Below, piece after piece: positions 1 to 11,152 of a stretch of 46,991 bases of DNA (position 1 is the stretch's first letter; every line of letters starts with the position of its first letter). Location: NCBI GenBank assembly GCA_964645885.1, contig CAZYCO010000008.1:7171-54161 (forward strand), given 5' to 3'. Made by a program: the position numbers and the translations under genes. This stretch comes from an uncultured Gammaproteobacteria bacterium. GTDB taxonomy: Bacteria > Pseudomonadota > Gammaproteobacteria > CAZYCO01. Under the pieces are notes generated by a model that searched no databases, was not told the DNA's origin, and worked only from the letters and a program-made list of their open reading frames with translations.

Positions 1-1592
1 TTTTCCTGATGTATTGAAGTGAAGAAAAATCCGCCTTTTGGATCAACAAAATCTTCTTCTATACGTTTTAATAAACTTAAAGCAAATTCAAAATGTTCGG
101 TGTTCCAACGCGCTTGTAATAATTCAAAAATAGCGTCAACTAAAAATACATAATCATCTAAAAAGCCTTCAACTTTCTTTTCGCCATTTTGATACGTTGC
201 AAAAAGAATGTTGTTTGAAAATAAATTTTGCTTAATAGAAATTAAAATCTGTTCTGCAATATAAATAAAATCATTTCGTTCTAATATTCGTCCTGCATGT
301 GCAAATGCTTTTAAAGTTAGCGCATTCCAACTGGTTAATATTTTTTCATCACGATGTGGTTTGATGCGCTTATTTCGTATTTGCAGTAATTTATGTTTTG
401 CACTTTCTATTAATTGATTAAATTTTTCTGATGTCACATTTAATTCAGTTAATATTTTTTGCTGGCTTTGAGCAATATATAAATGCCATTGATGTTCAAA
501 ATTTGGCGGAAAATCAAAGCCCATTAATTTCGAAAATGCTTGAAATTCTTCTTTTGTTAAAATGTTTTCAATTTCAGATTTATCCCATACATAAAATTTG
601 CCTTCTACACCTTCACTGTCGGCATCAATTGCTGCAAAAAAACCTTTGTTTGCAGCTTGCATTTCAGTTAATAACCAATGTGCGGTTTCTTCAATAATGG
701 TTTTAAATAAGGGATCGCGTGTGATAGCAAAACCATCAGCATAAATTGTGAGGAGTTGCGCGTTGTCATAAAGCATTTTTTCAAAATGTGGAATATTCCA
801 AAATTCATTAACACTATAGCGATAAAATCCACCAGCTAATTGATCATAAATTCCGCCAAATGCCATTGCACCTAGCGTCATATTTAACATTTCAATTGCT
901 TTTTTATAGTCTTCTGTATGTTGATACACGTGATGTAACAGGCCATGCAGTCTACTTGCTTGTGGAAATTTTGGTGCGCCACCAAAACCACCATTTTGAT
1001 AATCGTAATTTTTTTCTAGTGTTTCAAATGCGCGTTTAAATAATTTTTGATCCAATGAAATATGTTCATCATTTTTTTGATTGTCGAATTGAGAAAATAA
1101 CTGCAATAGATTTTTGTTTTGTTCTTTAATTTCAGCATTTTTTTGCTGATAAACTGTGTGAATTTGGTCAAGAATAGTTTTAAAAGCGGGAAGGTGATAT
1201 TTAGGTTCGAGTGGAAAATAAGTACCAGCAAAAAATGGCATACGATCATCTGGTGATAAAAATAATGTTAATGGCCAACCACCACCACGATTCATTAATA
1301 CTTGATAGCTAAGTTGATAAATTTTATCTAAATCAGGACGTTCTTCTCGATCAACTTTGATATTAATAAAATATTGATTCATCAATTTCGCTGTTGCTTC
1401 ATCTTCAAATGATTCATGTGCCATGACATGACACCAATGACAAGTTGAATAACCAATTGATAATAAAACTGCTTTGTTTTCTTTTTTTGCTTGCTCAAAT
1501 GCTTCATCACACCATGGATACCAATCAACAGGATTATCTTGGTGTTGTAATAAATATGGACTGGTTTCTTTTGCTAAACGATTTCTTTTCAT
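1..1592 (-). CDS. Thioredoxin-fold DUF255/YyaL-like protein, 3' end runs off the left edge (partial)
   Basis: Not in the ORF track because it leaves the window. My minus-strand translation from the ATG (rc of 1590-1592) gives [92 protein letters not shown]... This is the typical N-terminus of DUF255/YyaL proteins, and the frame stays open to position 1. Confidence 0.8.
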   Translation of the reverse strand, partial: MKRNRLAKETSPYLLQHQDNPVDWYPWCDEAFEQAKKENKAVLLSIGYSTCHWCHVMAHESFEDEATAKLMNQYFINIKVDREERPDLDKIYQLSYQVLMNRGGGWPLTLFLSPDDRMPFFAGTYFPLEPKYHLPAFKTILDQIHTVYQQKNAEIKEQNKNLLQLFSQFDNQKNDEHISLDQKLFKRAFETLEKNYDYQNGGFGGAPKFPQASRLHGLLHHVYQHTEDYKKAIEMLNMTLGAMAFGGIYDQLAGGFYRYSVNEFWNIPHFEKMLYDNAQLLTIYADGFAITRDPLFKTIIEETAHWLLTEMQAANKGFFAAIDADSEGVEGKFYVWDKSEIENILTKEEFQAFSKLMGFDFPPNFEHQWHLYIAQSQQKILTELNVTSEKFNQLIESAKHKLLQIRNKRIKPHRDEKILTSWNALTLKAFAHAGRILERNDFIYIAEQILISIKQNLFSNNILFATYQNGEKKVEGFLDDYVFLVDAIFELLQARWNTEHFEFALSLLKRIEEDFVDPKGGFFFTSIHQE

Positions 1593-1633
1593 AATTTCCT
1601 CATTGTCGTCTCGGACAAGCGAAGCACAACAAT

Positions 1634-2449
1634 CTATTTCTGACATTTTGCACAAAAAACAGTAGCGCGATTATTAATTCGAACTGCTTCTAATGTTTGC
1701 TTACACACAAAACAATTTTCATTTTCACGACCGTATACTTTTAAATCTTGTTGAAAGTATCCAGGTTTACCATCAGCAGATTGAAAGTCTTTTAATGTGG
1801 TACCACCTAATTCAATGGCATAAGAAAGTACACGTTGAATTGCAGACACTAATTTTTCACAGTCCGATATTAATAGTGTAGACGCAACACGAAGAGGGTG
1901 AATATTCGCAAGAAATAGCACTTCATTGGCGTAGATGTTGCCAACGCCTACTACAATTTTTCCATCCATTAAAAATTGTTTTGTTGAAGTTATTTTTTTT
2001 CTTGAACGCTCATACAAATAATTTGCAGTGAAATTTTGATCGAATGGCTCGATGCCTAAATGTTTCAATAATTTATGTTGATGCGGATCTTTTTCAGTCC
2101 AAATTAATGCACCGAAACGCCTTGGATCATGAAAACGCAAAGCTAATTTTTTAGAAAAAATAAAATCAGCATGATCGTGTTTTTTAATGTTAGTAGTTGG
2201 ATCAATTAAATGTAATCGTCCTGACATGCCTAAATGAATGAGTAAAGAACCGGCATTTGAATTTAATAGTAGATATTTGCCACGACGTTCAACAGTTTTT
2301 ATTTTGTTACCTGCAACATTTTTTTCGAAATTTTTAGGAATGGCCCAGCGTAAACGTCGATCGCGAATAATTACGTCAGAAATTATTTTGCCTTTAATTA
2401 CAGGTTCAATTGCACGTTTAACTGTTTCTACTTCCGGTAATTCTGGCAT
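1634..2449 (-). CDS. mutM: Formamidopyrimidine-DNA glycosylase
   Basis: N-terminal [10 protein letters not shown] hallmark. C-terminal zinc finger CFVC...x16...CAKC. 271 aa. Confidence 0.95.
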   Translation of the reverse strand: MPELPEVETVKRAIEPVIKGKIISDVIIRDRRLRWAIPKNFEKNVAGNKIKTVERRGKYLLLNSNAGSLLIHLGMSGRLHLIDPTTNIKKHDHADFIFSKKLALRFHDPRRFGALIWTEKDPHQHKLLKHLGIEPFDQNFTANYLYERSRKKITSTKQFLMDGKIVVGVGNIYANEVLFLANIHPLRVASTLLISDCEKLVSAIQRVLSYAIELGGTTLKDFQSADGKPGYFQQDLKVYGRENENCFVCKQTLEAVRINNRATVFCAKCQK

Positions 2450-2506
2450 GAGAAAGTCCTAAGAAATAAAAGGCATATTGAATTATAACGTTGCGATAAG
2501 TAATTG

Positions 2507-2592
2507 GTAGGGTGGGCAAAAAACGCGAAGCGTTTGTGCCCACCTTCTAGATATTTGGTGGGCACGGAGCGTTGCTCCTTTGCCCACCCTAC
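2507..2592. repeat. REP doublet (REPIN-like): two GTAG-headed palindromic units in inverted orientation
   Basis: Unit A (2507-2544) is GTAGGGTGGGCAAA..GTGCCCACC, followed by a 12-nt spacer. Unit B (2557-2592) is its inverted copy, ending TTTGCCCACCCTAC. The same unit recurs at 6431-6471, with a degenerate copy at 38171-38204. Confidence 0.7.
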
Positions 2593-2624
2593 AAAAAATT
2601 ACAACTATTTAGCTAAAAATTAAT

Positions 2625-4610
2625 TTATATCTTTATCGAATTATTATTAATGCTTTTTACTTCTTCTGCAGTTTGATTGTTATTGCATGAATCATCATTA
2701 GCTGAAAGTTTGATATTGTCGTTTTTATGTGTAGTTGGTTTAAAAAAGCGCCAAAGAATAGGTGTGTGCGCTTCTGTTTTAGTAGCAGAAATTGGTTCTG
2801 CTTCGATGCGATGATCCATTGGTGCAATACTAATTTTCAAACCAGTATGGAGATGAATATCTTGAATTACTTTTGGTTCATCAGTTTCTGTAGATTTAGG
2901 ATCATACACATTCACATGAAAATCCCTGTCTTTTGTTATCACAATTCCTGTTTTTGAATCCGTTACTAAATGCGCTTCATCAAACTTAGTTTCATATAGT
3001 GCTAATTGCTCAACTGAAATTCCCAGTTTTTTTATATCTTGATCATTAGGGTGAAAATCATAAATGCCATAAAAAACACCGTCAGGTATATCAGCACCTG
3101 TTAATTCGCGCACAACAGCATGCTCGTATTTTTTAGGAACAAAGAAATGTAATTCACGCGCAGTGTAAGTATTGGGTGGTTTAGGTGGCTGTTCCGCATT
3201 GTTATTTTCTTCGACTCTAGGTGTGCCTCGAGTTTTTAATTTTGGTTGTTTTTCAATATTTTCATTTGGTGAGGGGTTATCCGTTTGATTATTATTTTCT
3301 TTCGGTTTTTCTTCAGGAATAAGCGGTGTTTCAGCACTGGCTTCTTTAAGAGCTTCATTTACTTTGTTATTACTTTCTTCTAAGTCTGCTAAATGGTTGA
3401 AAAAGTTCTCTAATGCAAGAACGATTTCTCCAAATAAAGAAGGGCAAATCTGTCCCGAATTTTTTAAAGTCAAAGTCAAATTTTCATAAGTCCAATCAAT
3501 AAATTTTTCAAATTTAATTAAAATAGATGGGTGAAAAAATTTTTTCGTGAAATGAAAGTGAATTAGTTTTTTTTCTGCATCAACTTCCCATTCGAAATTT
3601 GGAGTGATTAATAACTTCAAATTGGTTGAATGTTGTAGAAAATGACGCTCATTAATATCTTTAACAACTGGAGAATTTGATCCAAAGCAGATACATGCTA
3701 CTTGATACATTCTGCTAAATAAAATCGCAGCGTATAATGCAGAATGTTGAAGTTCAATATTATTCAAATGTTCTGCCAAGTTAAGATACATTGAAAAAGC
3801 AGTTTTTTTACAATGAGTAAATAATGCAACTTCAGAATAACATCCTGGTAGAGGTGGTTGTTCAGATAGTTCTGATGCATGTTGATGTAACAATTGAAAC
3901 AAGGGGATGGTTTTTTCAAGATAATCAAGAGCAGTTTTGAAATGGTGTTTATCAAAATAAAATTTTGCCAAATTTGTTTTTTTCAAAAGTAATTCAAGAT
4001 ACAAAGTGCTTCTAGATGTGAATGGTTGATTTTTTTTAAGTTGTATTAATTTATTTAGCGAAATAATACTCAATAAAATGTTATCTAAATATTCAACTTC
4101 GCTGGTATTTCTTTTAGCTGGTAATATGTAGTCACGAATAAGTACACTATGTTCCAAAAAATCTTCGTATGATTTCTGATAATTAATATGTGCAGTATTT
4201 ATAACTTTAAAAGTTTTTTTATGCGTGGCTCTGAATTTTTCAAATAATTCAATAAAAGAATAGGCTTTTTGCACAAGTTTATCATCGAACATTTTTGACT
4301 GATTTAGTGCAGCAAAAGTTTTAGCAATAAAATTTAAAACTTGACTATGCATAATAATCATAGAAATTATTGCATCGAGCGAAGGACTTTTTTGCTTACT
4401 ATAAGATTGATTAGCTTTTTTGATTTCTGTATTTAGTTTTTCTAATGCCGTACAAAGTTTTTTTATGAGTAACTCTGTCATTTTTGGGTTTTCAGGATTA
4501 CTTTTTAATTTCTCCAATGTTTGTTGTATCGCTTCTTCTTGTTCAACTATAGAAGAAAAGAAACGATTCATAATATTTTGTTTGAATTCTTCAGGGGTAA
4601 ATTTCGGCAT
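2625..4610 (-). CDS. Orphan 661-aa protein: helical N-terminal region, Pro/Asn/Glu-rich linker, beta-rich C-terminal region. No family recognised.
   Basis: Long uninterrupted ORF with host-like codon usage. I recognise no catalytic or family motif. Linker is PLIPEEKPKENNNQTDNPSPNENIEKQPKLKTRGTPRVEENNNAEQPPKPPN. Polar C-terminus is ...NNNQTAEEVKSINNNSIKI. Confidence 0.7.
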   Translation of the reverse strand: MPKFTPEEFKQNIMNRFFSSIVEQEEAIQQTLEKLKSNPENPKMTELLIKKLCTALEKLNTEIKKANQSYSKQKSPSLDAIISMIIMHSQVLNFIAKTFAALNQSKMFDDKLVQKAYSFIELFEKFRATHKKTFKVINTAHINYQKSYEDFLEHSVLIRDYILPAKRNTSEVEYLDNILLSIISLNKLIQLKKNQPFTSRSTLYLELLLKKTNLAKFYFDKHHFKTALDYLEKTIPLFQLLHQHASELSEQPPLPGCYSEVALFTHCKKTAFSMYLNLAEHLNNIELQHSALYAAILFSRMYQVACICFGSNSPVVKDINERHFLQHSTNLKLLITPNFEWEVDAEKKLIHFHFTKKFFHPSILIKFEKFIDWTYENLTLTLKNSGQICPSLFGEIVLALENFFNHLADLEESNNKVNEALKEASAETPLIPEEKPKENNNQTDNPSPNENIEKQPKLKTRGTPRVEENNNAEQPPKPPNTYTARELHFFVPKKYEHAVVRELTGADIPDGVFYGIYDFHPNDQDIKKLGISVEQLALYETKFDEAHLVTDSKTGIVITKDRDFHVNVYDPKSTETDEPKVIQDIHLHTGLKISIAPMDHRIEAEPISATKTEAHTPILWRFFKPTTHKNDNIKLSANDDSCNNNQTAEEVKSINNNSIKI

Positions 4611-4662
4611 GGGGTTCTCTAACTAAAGTTAAGTTTTATAAATTAAAACCTAAATTTAGCTA

Positions 4663-4684
4663 GAATTTATTAAGAATTTATTAA
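4663..4684 (-). promoter_or_regulatory. Perfect 11-bp tandem direct repeat (TTAATAAATTC x2 on the gene strand) upstream of the 661-aa ORF; candidate response-regulator site
   Basis: Plus strand reads GAATTTATTAA GAATTTATTAA at 4663-4673 and 4674-4684. The repeat lies 53-74 nt upstream of the ATG at 4610. A possible -10 (TATAAA, rc of 4635-4640) lies 22 nt downstream of the repeat. Confidence 0.3.
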
Positions 4685-4700
4685 TGAGAAAGAATATGAA

Positions 4701-5792
4701 CTAAACATTAAACCTAAAATGCATAACATCGCCATCTTGTACGATATATTCTTTACCTTCTAAGCGTAATTTTCCTGCTTCTTTTGCGCCTTGTTCACCG
4801 CGATATTTAACGAAATCTTCGTATGCTATTACTTCAGCGCGAATAAAACCTTTTTCGAAATCAGTGTGAATTACACCTGCAGCTTGTGGTGCAGTTGCGC
4901 TTTTTTCTATCGTCCATGCCCGTACTTCTTTCACACCTGCTGTGAAATAAGTTTCAAGGTTTAATAATTTATAACCAGCACGGATTACACGATTTAAACC
5001 AGGTTCAGATAATCCCATTTCTTGTAAGAAATCTTTTTTATCTTCATCTGATAATTCTGATATTTCAGCTTCAATTGCAGCACAAACTGGTACAACTTCA
5101 GAATTTTCTTTTGCTGCAAATTCTTTTACTTGATTTAAAAGAGCATTATTTTCGAAGCCATTTTCTGAAACATTGGCAATATATAAAACAGGTTTTGCAG
5201 TGAGTAACTGGAAGCGGTACAAGATCTTTTTTTGTTCTTCATCTAGTTTTAACTGACGAACAGGTAAACCTTGATCCAATTGTTTTTTTACAAGTTCCAA
5301 AATTTCTAATTCAGCTTTTGCAATTTTATCGCCGCTTTTCGCATTTTTTTGTACTTTTAAAATTGCTTTTTCAACCGTATCTAAATCAGCCAATGCAAGT
5401 TCGGTATTAATGATTTCAATGTCATGAACTGGATTTACTTTTCCTGCAACGTGCACGATATCATCGTTTTCAAAACAACGAACAACATGGGCAATTGCTT
5501 CTGTTTCGCGAATATGTGAAAGAAATTTATTTCCTAAACCTTCACCTTGAGCAGCGCCTGCAACTAATCCAGCAATATCAGTAAATTCCATTGTGGTTGG
5601 TACAACACGTTCTGGTTTGACAATTTCAGCTAGTACATCAAGACGCGGATCGGGCATCGGTACAATGCCAACGTTAGGTTCAATAGTGCAAAATGGATAA
5701 TTTGCTGCACTAATTTGTGCTTTTGTTAATGCATTAAATAAAGTGGATTTACCAACATTTGGAAGACCAACAATTCCGCATTTGAATCCCAT
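4701..5792 (-). CDS. ychF: Ribosome-binding ATPase YchF
   Basis: [24 protein letters not shown]-loop at the corrected start (ATG rc 5790-5792), giving 363 aa as in YchF. The ORF-track start at 5861 adds 23 non-homologous residues. Conserved pth-ychF pairing. Confidence 0.95.
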   Translation of the reverse strand: MGFKCGIVGLPNVGKSTLFNALTKAQISAANYPFCTIEPNVGIVPMPDPRLDVLAEIVKPERVVPTTMEFTDIAGLVAGAAQGEGLGNKFLSHIRETEAIAHVVRCFENDDIVHVAGKVNPVHDIEIINTELALADLDTVEKAILKVQKNAKSGDKIAKAELEILELVKKQLDQGLPVRQLKLDEEQKKILYRFQLLTAKPVLYIANVSENGFENNALLNQVKEFAAKENSEVVPVCAAIEAEISELSDEDKKDFLQEMGLSEPGLNRVIRAGYKLLNLETYFTAGVKEVRAWTIEKSATAPQAAGVIHTDFEKGFIRAEVIAYEDFVKYRGEQGAKEAGKLRLEGKEYIVQDGDVMHFRFNV

Positions 5793-5814
5793 AATAAATT
5801 CTCTCTTAAAAATT

Positions 5815-6399
5815 TTATTTTTTGTCAGTATGAAGTTGTTGCATTGCGCGAGGCATATCACCTTTTAATAACAAAGGTAATGTCGCATATGCATCTTCGA
5901 TAGCTGTATCAATTTGTTTTCTATCTGAACGCGATGGTGTATGTAATACGTAGTCTAATACTTGTGATCTATCACCAGGATGACCGATACCTATGCGTAA
6001 TCGATAAAAATCATTGGTATTTAAATGTTTGATGGTGTCGCGTAAACCATTATGACCACCGTGACCGCCACCAAATTTAATACGAGCAACACCTGTAGCT
6101 AAATCTAAATCATCATGTGCAACTAAAATTGCTTGAGGAGGAATAGCATAAAAATCTGCAAATTTACGAATAGAAATACCGCTTTTATTCATAAATGTTG
6201 AAGGAAATAACAAACGACAAACATGATTGTCTACTTCAAATGTTGCTATTAAACCTTGGAATTTTTTTTCAAAACGAAGTTCGGCATTAGCGTGATTTGC
6301 AATTGCTTCTATAAACCAAACCCCGGCGTTGTGACGCGTGTTGATATATTCATCACCAGGATTTCCTAAGCCTACAATTAACTGAATGGGTGATGACAC
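5815..6399 (-). CDS. pth: Peptidyl-tRNA hydrolase
   Basis: [22 protein letters not shown] motif. The corrected GTG start (rc 6397-6399) gives 194 aa. The track ORF extending to 6633 reads through a REP element and overlaps rplY, so that extension is spurious. Confidence 0.9.
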   Translation of the reverse strand: MSSPIQLIVGLGNPGDEYINTRHNAGVWFIEAIANHANAELRFEKKFQGLIATFEVDNHVCRLLFPSTFMNKSGISIRKFADFYAIPPQAILVAHDDLDLATGVARIKFGGGHGGHNGLRDTIKHLNTNDFYRLRIGIGHPGDRSQVLDYVLHTPSRSDRKQIDTAIEDAYATLPLLLKGDMPRAMQQLHTDKK

Positions 6400-6430
6400 G
6401 TGTTTTCTCGCTTTAGAAAAGAATCCTTTT

Positions 6431-6471
6431 GGTAGGGTGGGCAAAGAAGCGAAAGCTTCGTGCCCACCTAC
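6431..6471. repeat. Single REP unit (GTAG-headed imperfect palindrome) between rplY and pth
   Basis: Sequence is GGTAGGGTGGGCAAAGAAGCGAAAGCTTCGTGCCCACCTAC. Outer stem is GTAGG(G)TGGGCA/TGCCCACCTAC and inner stem is GAAGC/GCTTC. Confidence 0.7.
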
Positions 6472-6490
6472 AGAGATGACAATACGATTA

Positions 6491-7180
6491 TTATTCTTTT
6501 GATGATTTATTTTCTTCTTCACCAGCAGCAGCTTCGCCTTCAGCACTTTCAGCGCTGGCAGCTTCAACTTCAATTGTTTCAGTTGCAACAGGTTCTTCAA
6601 TAACAATTTTTGGTAAATGGATACTTGAAACAACTAAATCATTACCGTGTGCTAATGCTACTAATTCAACACCTTTTGGAAGTTTTAATTGAGAAATATG
6701 CATGATGTCATCTAATTCCATTTTTGAAACATCAACTTCAATGAACTCTGGTAAATCGCTAGGTAAACATACTACTTCAACGTTACCTAATTGATGAGAA
6801 AGAACACCGCCATTTATTACGCCTGGTGCGGTTTCTTCACCAAGGAAGTGTAATGGAACATGCATATGAATTTTTTCTTTACCAGTGATTCTTAAAAAAT
6901 CCATATGAAGAATACGTGGTTTAACTGGATGGCGTTGAATATCTTTAAGAACAGCTTTTTGTGGTTTGCCATCAATTTCAATGGTTAAGATGTGAGAATA
7001 AAATGCTTCATGTTCTAGTGCATGAGAAACTTTTTTATGATCAAGCAAGATAGATAAAGGTTGTTCTTCACCGCCGTAAAGTACAGCTGGAACTTGATTA
7101 TTTAAACGACGCATGCGGCGGCAAGCAGCTTTACCGTGTTCGTTACGTTTTTCAGCGGTTAAAGTGAATTGGTTTGACAT
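6491..7180 (-). CDS. rplY: 50S ribosomal protein L25 (long Ctc form)
   Basis: N-terminus LTAEKRNEHGKAACRRMRRLNNQVPAVLYGG with an acidic C-terminal tail. 229 aa. Position upstream of pth is conserved. Confidence 0.9.
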   Translation of the reverse strand: MSNQFTLTAEKRNEHGKAACRRMRRLNNQVPAVLYGGEEQPLSILLDHKKVSHALEHEAFYSHILTIEIDGKPQKAVLKDIQRHPVKPRILHMDFLRITGKEKIHMHVPLHFLGEETAPGVINGGVLSHQLGNVEVVCLPSDLPEFIEVDVSKMELDDIMHISQLKLPKGVELVALAHGNDLVVSSIHLPKIVIEEPVATETIEVEAASAESAEGEAAAGEEENKSSKE

Positions 7181-7238
7181 AGTAGTTGTTCTCTTGGATT
7201 GATAAAGAAATTAATAAAGGCGCGGATTATAAAAGCTT

Positions 7239-8795
7239 TTAACTTTGTTTCAACCGAGGCCTGCATAAGTAAAGTGTTACCACATAGGTAACTAGGCCAA
7301 CCAAAACCCATAAAAATAGATTTAAGAAGCGCCATTGCCAGCCCCAATCTAACCATACCGATAATTCTGGCAATGGTAGATATAAAACGGCGGCCATTAA
7401 ACCAGTAGAAAGGGTTAATCTGAATAAAAACCACTTCCAACCAGGTTGTAATTCGAAAATGCCTAATTTTTTTAATTTAAACCAGAGTAATCCTGCATTT
7501 AGAAAAGCAGCTAATGAGGTTGCCAATGCAAGGCCCGCATGGGCTAAATAATGAATCAAAATAATATTTAGAAAAATATTAGTAACCATAGCAATAACCG
7601 CTATACGTACAGGGGTACGAATATTTTGCGTTGAATAAAATACAGTTGCTAAAACTTTTACTGCCATAAAAGCAGGGATCCCCATAGCGAACGCAAGCAT
7701 GCTTTTCTTTGTCATTAGAACATCGTAAAGCTGAAATTGGCCTCTTTTAAAAAGAGTAACGAGTATGGGATCAGCCAATATGAAAAGTGCCACCATGGAA
7801 GGAACACTTAACATTAAAATATTTCGAAGCGCCCAGTCTGTTGTACGTGAGAAATCTTGTTTTGAATTTGCGGTATGTTTTCGCGATAAATGCGGCAAAA
7901 TAACAGTTGCTAATGCCACTCCAAATACTCCCAGAGGAAGAGAAGTAACGCGATCGGAGTAATAAAGCCAAGATACGCTTCCAATTGGTAGAAAGGAGGA
8001 AAATAACGTATCGAACATTAAATTGATTTGCGAAACAGAAACCCCAAAGAGAGCGGGGACCATTTGTTTTAAAACTCGTTTAACGCCAGGGTCATGAGGT
8101 TGGAACCTAGGGATGGGTAATAGATCGAGCGATTTTAATTTTGGAAATTGATAGACCAATTGCAAAATGCCACCAATAAAAACACCCCAAGCTAAGCTTT
8201 CAACACTAGGATGAACGATTGGTGCTAATAAGAAAGCAGTGACAATCATGGCGATGTTTAAAAGAATAGGAGTAAAAGCAGGAATGCCAAACGCGCCATA
8301 CGTATTTAAAACGGCACCACCTAACGCTGCGAGCGAAATTAAAAATAAATAAGGGAAGGTGATTCTAAGCATTTCGGCAGCCCAAACGAAGCGGTCGCTG
8401 CCAGGTTCAAATCCTGGGGCAAAAATTCTTATTAAAATTGGTGCAAAAATTATAGAAGCAATCGTAACCATAAAAACAATTACACCTAACATCCCAGTTA
8501 CCATACTGACAAAAGGTTTTACTTCTTCTTGAGTTTTATGGTGTTGGTATTCAGAAAGAATAGGGACAAATGCTTGAGAAAACGCGCCTTCAGCAAATAA
8601 TCGACGCATAAAATTTGGAATTTTAAATGCAACAATAAAGGCATCCATTCCGACGGCTGCACCAAATAAGTAAGCGGTTACCATATCTCGAGCAAAACCT
8701 AGCACACGAGAGAGCATAGTCATTGAGGCAACTACAGAAGTATGTCGCCATAGGCTTGCGTGAATACGTTGTCGGAGTGAATTCAACATTTCCAT
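7239..8795 (-). CDS. murJ: Lipid II flippase MurJ (MviN)
   Basis: SMTMLSRVLGFARDMV N-terminal signature. About 14 predicted TM segments. 518 aa. Divergent from rpsT. Confidence 0.9.
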   Translation of the reverse strand: MEMLNSLRQRIHASLWRHTSVVASMTMLSRVLGFARDMVTAYLFGAAVGMDAFIVAFKIPNFMRRLFAEGAFSQAFVPILSEYQHHKTQEEVKPFVSMVTGMLGVIVFMVTIASIIFAPILIRIFAPGFEPGSDRFVWAAEMLRITFPYLFLISLAALGGAVLNTYGAFGIPAFTPILLNIAMIVTAFLLAPIVHPSVESLAWGVFIGGILQLVYQFPKLKSLDLLPIPRFQPHDPGVKRVLKQMVPALFGVSVSQINLMFDTLFSSFLPIGSVSWLYYSDRVTSLPLGVFGVALATVILPHLSRKHTANSKQDFSRTTDWALRNILMLSVPSMVALFILADPILVTLFKRGQFQLYDVLMTKKSMLAFAMGIPAFMAVKVLATVFYSTQNIRTPVRIAVIAMVTNIFLNIILIHYLAHAGLALATSLAAFLNAGLLWFKLKKLGIFELQPGWKWFLFRLTLSTGLMAAVLYLPLPELSVWLDWGWQWRFLNLFLWVLVGLVTYVVTLYLCRPRLKQS

Positions 8796-8966
8796 GAAAA
8801 AGGGAAACCAGTTCGATAAAAAGCTTCGAGATAGTAGGGAGTTTCGCGAAAATCTACAATGATTTTTCCCATTAAGTTATTGACAACATAAACACTGCCT
8901 CGGCATGATTCGCCTCTTTTTTAATCATTGTAAATTCTTAGTTTAATTTTTGGAGAGAGAATTCCT

Positions 8967-9251
8967 GTGGCTAATACAAAACAAGCTAAAAAACGTGCAC
9001 AACTATCTGAAGAACATCGCCAACGTAATATGGCTCTTCGCTCAAAATTCAGAACTTTTCTAAAAAAAGTAGTTTCTGCTATTGAAGGTGGTAATAAAGC
9101 GCAAGCTCAAGAAGCATTTAAAGAAGCAGTTCCAGTAATTGATAGAATGGTCGGTAAAAAAATTATTCACAAAAACAAAGCAGCACGCCATAAAAGCCGT
9201 TTAAGCGCTCGTATTAAAAATATGGGTAAAGAAGCAGGCTCTGCAGCTTAA
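8967..9251 (+). CDS. rpsT: 30S ribosomal protein S20
   Basis: GTG start preceded by GGAGAGAG. MANTKQAKKRAQLSEEHRQRN is typical of S20. Confidence 0.95.
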   Translation: MANTKQAKKRAQLSEEHRQRNMALRSKFRTFLKKVVSAIEGGNKAQAQEAFKEAVPVIDRMVGKKIIHKNKAARHKSRLSARIKNMGKEAGSAA

Positions 9252-9262
9252 ATCTTGATTAT

Positions 9263-9298
9263 CTTTTGTAGGGCGCTTTTTTTGCCGTCCTACAAAAG
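9263..9298. repeat. GTAGG...CCTAC hairpin between convergent rpsT and obg (REP-like, possible bidirectional terminator)
   Basis: CTTTTGTAGGGCG-ctttttttg-CCGTCCTACAAAAG forms a 10+2 bp stem. There is no clean U-tail on either strand, so the terminator call is tentative. Confidence 0.45.
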
Positions 9299-9321
9299 AA
9301 AAAATAAGAAAATTGACTAAA

Positions 9322-10377
<1,056 letters not shown>

Positions 10378-10391
10378 TTAAAAGACAATAA

Positions 10392-10673
10392 TTATTCAGA
10401 TACTTGTGCTTCAACTTCAACAGGTTTAATGCTGACTACCGTGCGTTTTTTAACGCCATTTGTTGAAAATTGAACTAAACCAGTTACTAAAGCGAAGAGA
10501 GTATGATCTTTACCAACTCCAACGTTAGGGCCAGCCATCATTCTTGTTCCACGTTGACGTACTAAGATATTACCTGCTTGTACAAATTGGCCGCCAAAAC
10601 GTTTTACGCCCAATCGCTGCGCTGCTGAGTCGCGGCCGTTTTTAGAACTACCGCCTGCTTTTTTATGTGCCAT
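10392..10673 (-). CDS. rpmA: 50S ribosomal protein L27
   Basis: [28 protein letters not shown]. Confidence 0.95.
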   Translation of the reverse strand: MAHKKAGGSSKNGRDSAAQRLGVKRFGGQFVQAGNILVRQRGTRMMAGPNVGVGKDHTLFALVTGLVQFSTNGVKKRTVVSIKPVEVEAQVSE

Positions 10674-10690
10674 TGTGAGAGTCCTCTAAT

Positions 10691-10999
10691 TTATACAATC
10701 TTTGTAATTTTAACTTCTGTGAAATCTTGACGATGTCCCATCTGTTTCATGTGATGTTTACGACGACGGAACTTGATAATACGAATTTTTGGATGTCGAC
10801 CGTGACGAACAACTTCGGCAGCAACTTTAGCTCCAGAAATAAGAGGGGTGCCTACTTTCACAGAATTACCATCGCTGACTAAAAGGACTTCTTCAAAATT
10901 AATCGAAGCACCTGGATCTGCAGGAAGTTTTTCTACTTGAAGAAGCTGGCCTTCAGAAACGCGGTATTGTTTACCACCGGTTTTAATTATCGCGTGCAT
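10691..10999 (-). CDS. rplU: 50S ribosomal protein L21
   Basis: [17 protein letters not shown]. The ATG at rc 10997-10999 lies 9 nt after GGAG. The track start (GTG at 11005) is only 3 nt from the RBS. Confidence 0.93.
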   Translation of the reverse strand: MHAIIKTGGKQYRVSEGQLLQVEKLPADPGASINFEEVLLVSDGNSVKVGTPLISGAKVAAEVVRHGRHPKIRIIKFRRRKHHMKQMGHRQDFTEVKITKIV

Positions 11000-11089
11000 A
11001 TGCACTTACTCCACAAAAGTTATTATTGAAATTTAGAAAGGTCGCGATTATAGGAAAGTAGTTTCATATCGGCAACCTAATTTTCTACC

Positions 11090-11118
11090 ATGACATCCAA
11101 AATATGAGCACGTATAAT
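11090..11118 (+). promoter_or_regulatory. Candidate sigma70 promoter of the gcv operon
   Basis: ATGACA (11090-11095), a 17-nt spacer, then TATAAT (11113-11118). It lies 35 nt upstream of the corrected gcvT ATG. The ORF-track start at 11117 sits inside the -10. Confidence 0.45.
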
Positions 11119-11152
11119 GCCCCGCGTTTTAAACAACTTTAGAAACAACTCT

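Noticed and set aside
431-1665. Several 60-90-aa ORFs (431-697 +, 1016-1249 -, 1474-1665 +) in the first 1.6 kb.
   Set aside because: All overlap the long edge-truncated DUF255/YyaL reading frame on the minus strand, which has strong homology. They are alternative-frame artefacts.
5815-6633. The 272-aa ORF in the track gives pth a long N-terminal extension that overlaps rplY by about 140 nt.
   Set aside because: The extension has no Pth homology. It reads straight through the REP element at 6431-6471 (translated ..GGHEAFASLPTLP..) and overlaps the well-supported rplY. Pth homology begins at the GTG at 6399.
7159-7440. A 93-aa ORF bridging the murJ 3' end and the rplY start.
   Set aside because: It lies in another frame over the conserved MurJ C-terminus, has no RBS or homology, and is a typical shadow ORF in AT-rich DNA.
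11006-11152. I looked for a glycine riboswitch upstream of gcvT.
   Set aside because: The leader lacks the conserved GGAGAG...CACCG...GGGGCAA-type elements and has no obvious tandem aptamer structure. Only a sigma70-like promoter is visible.
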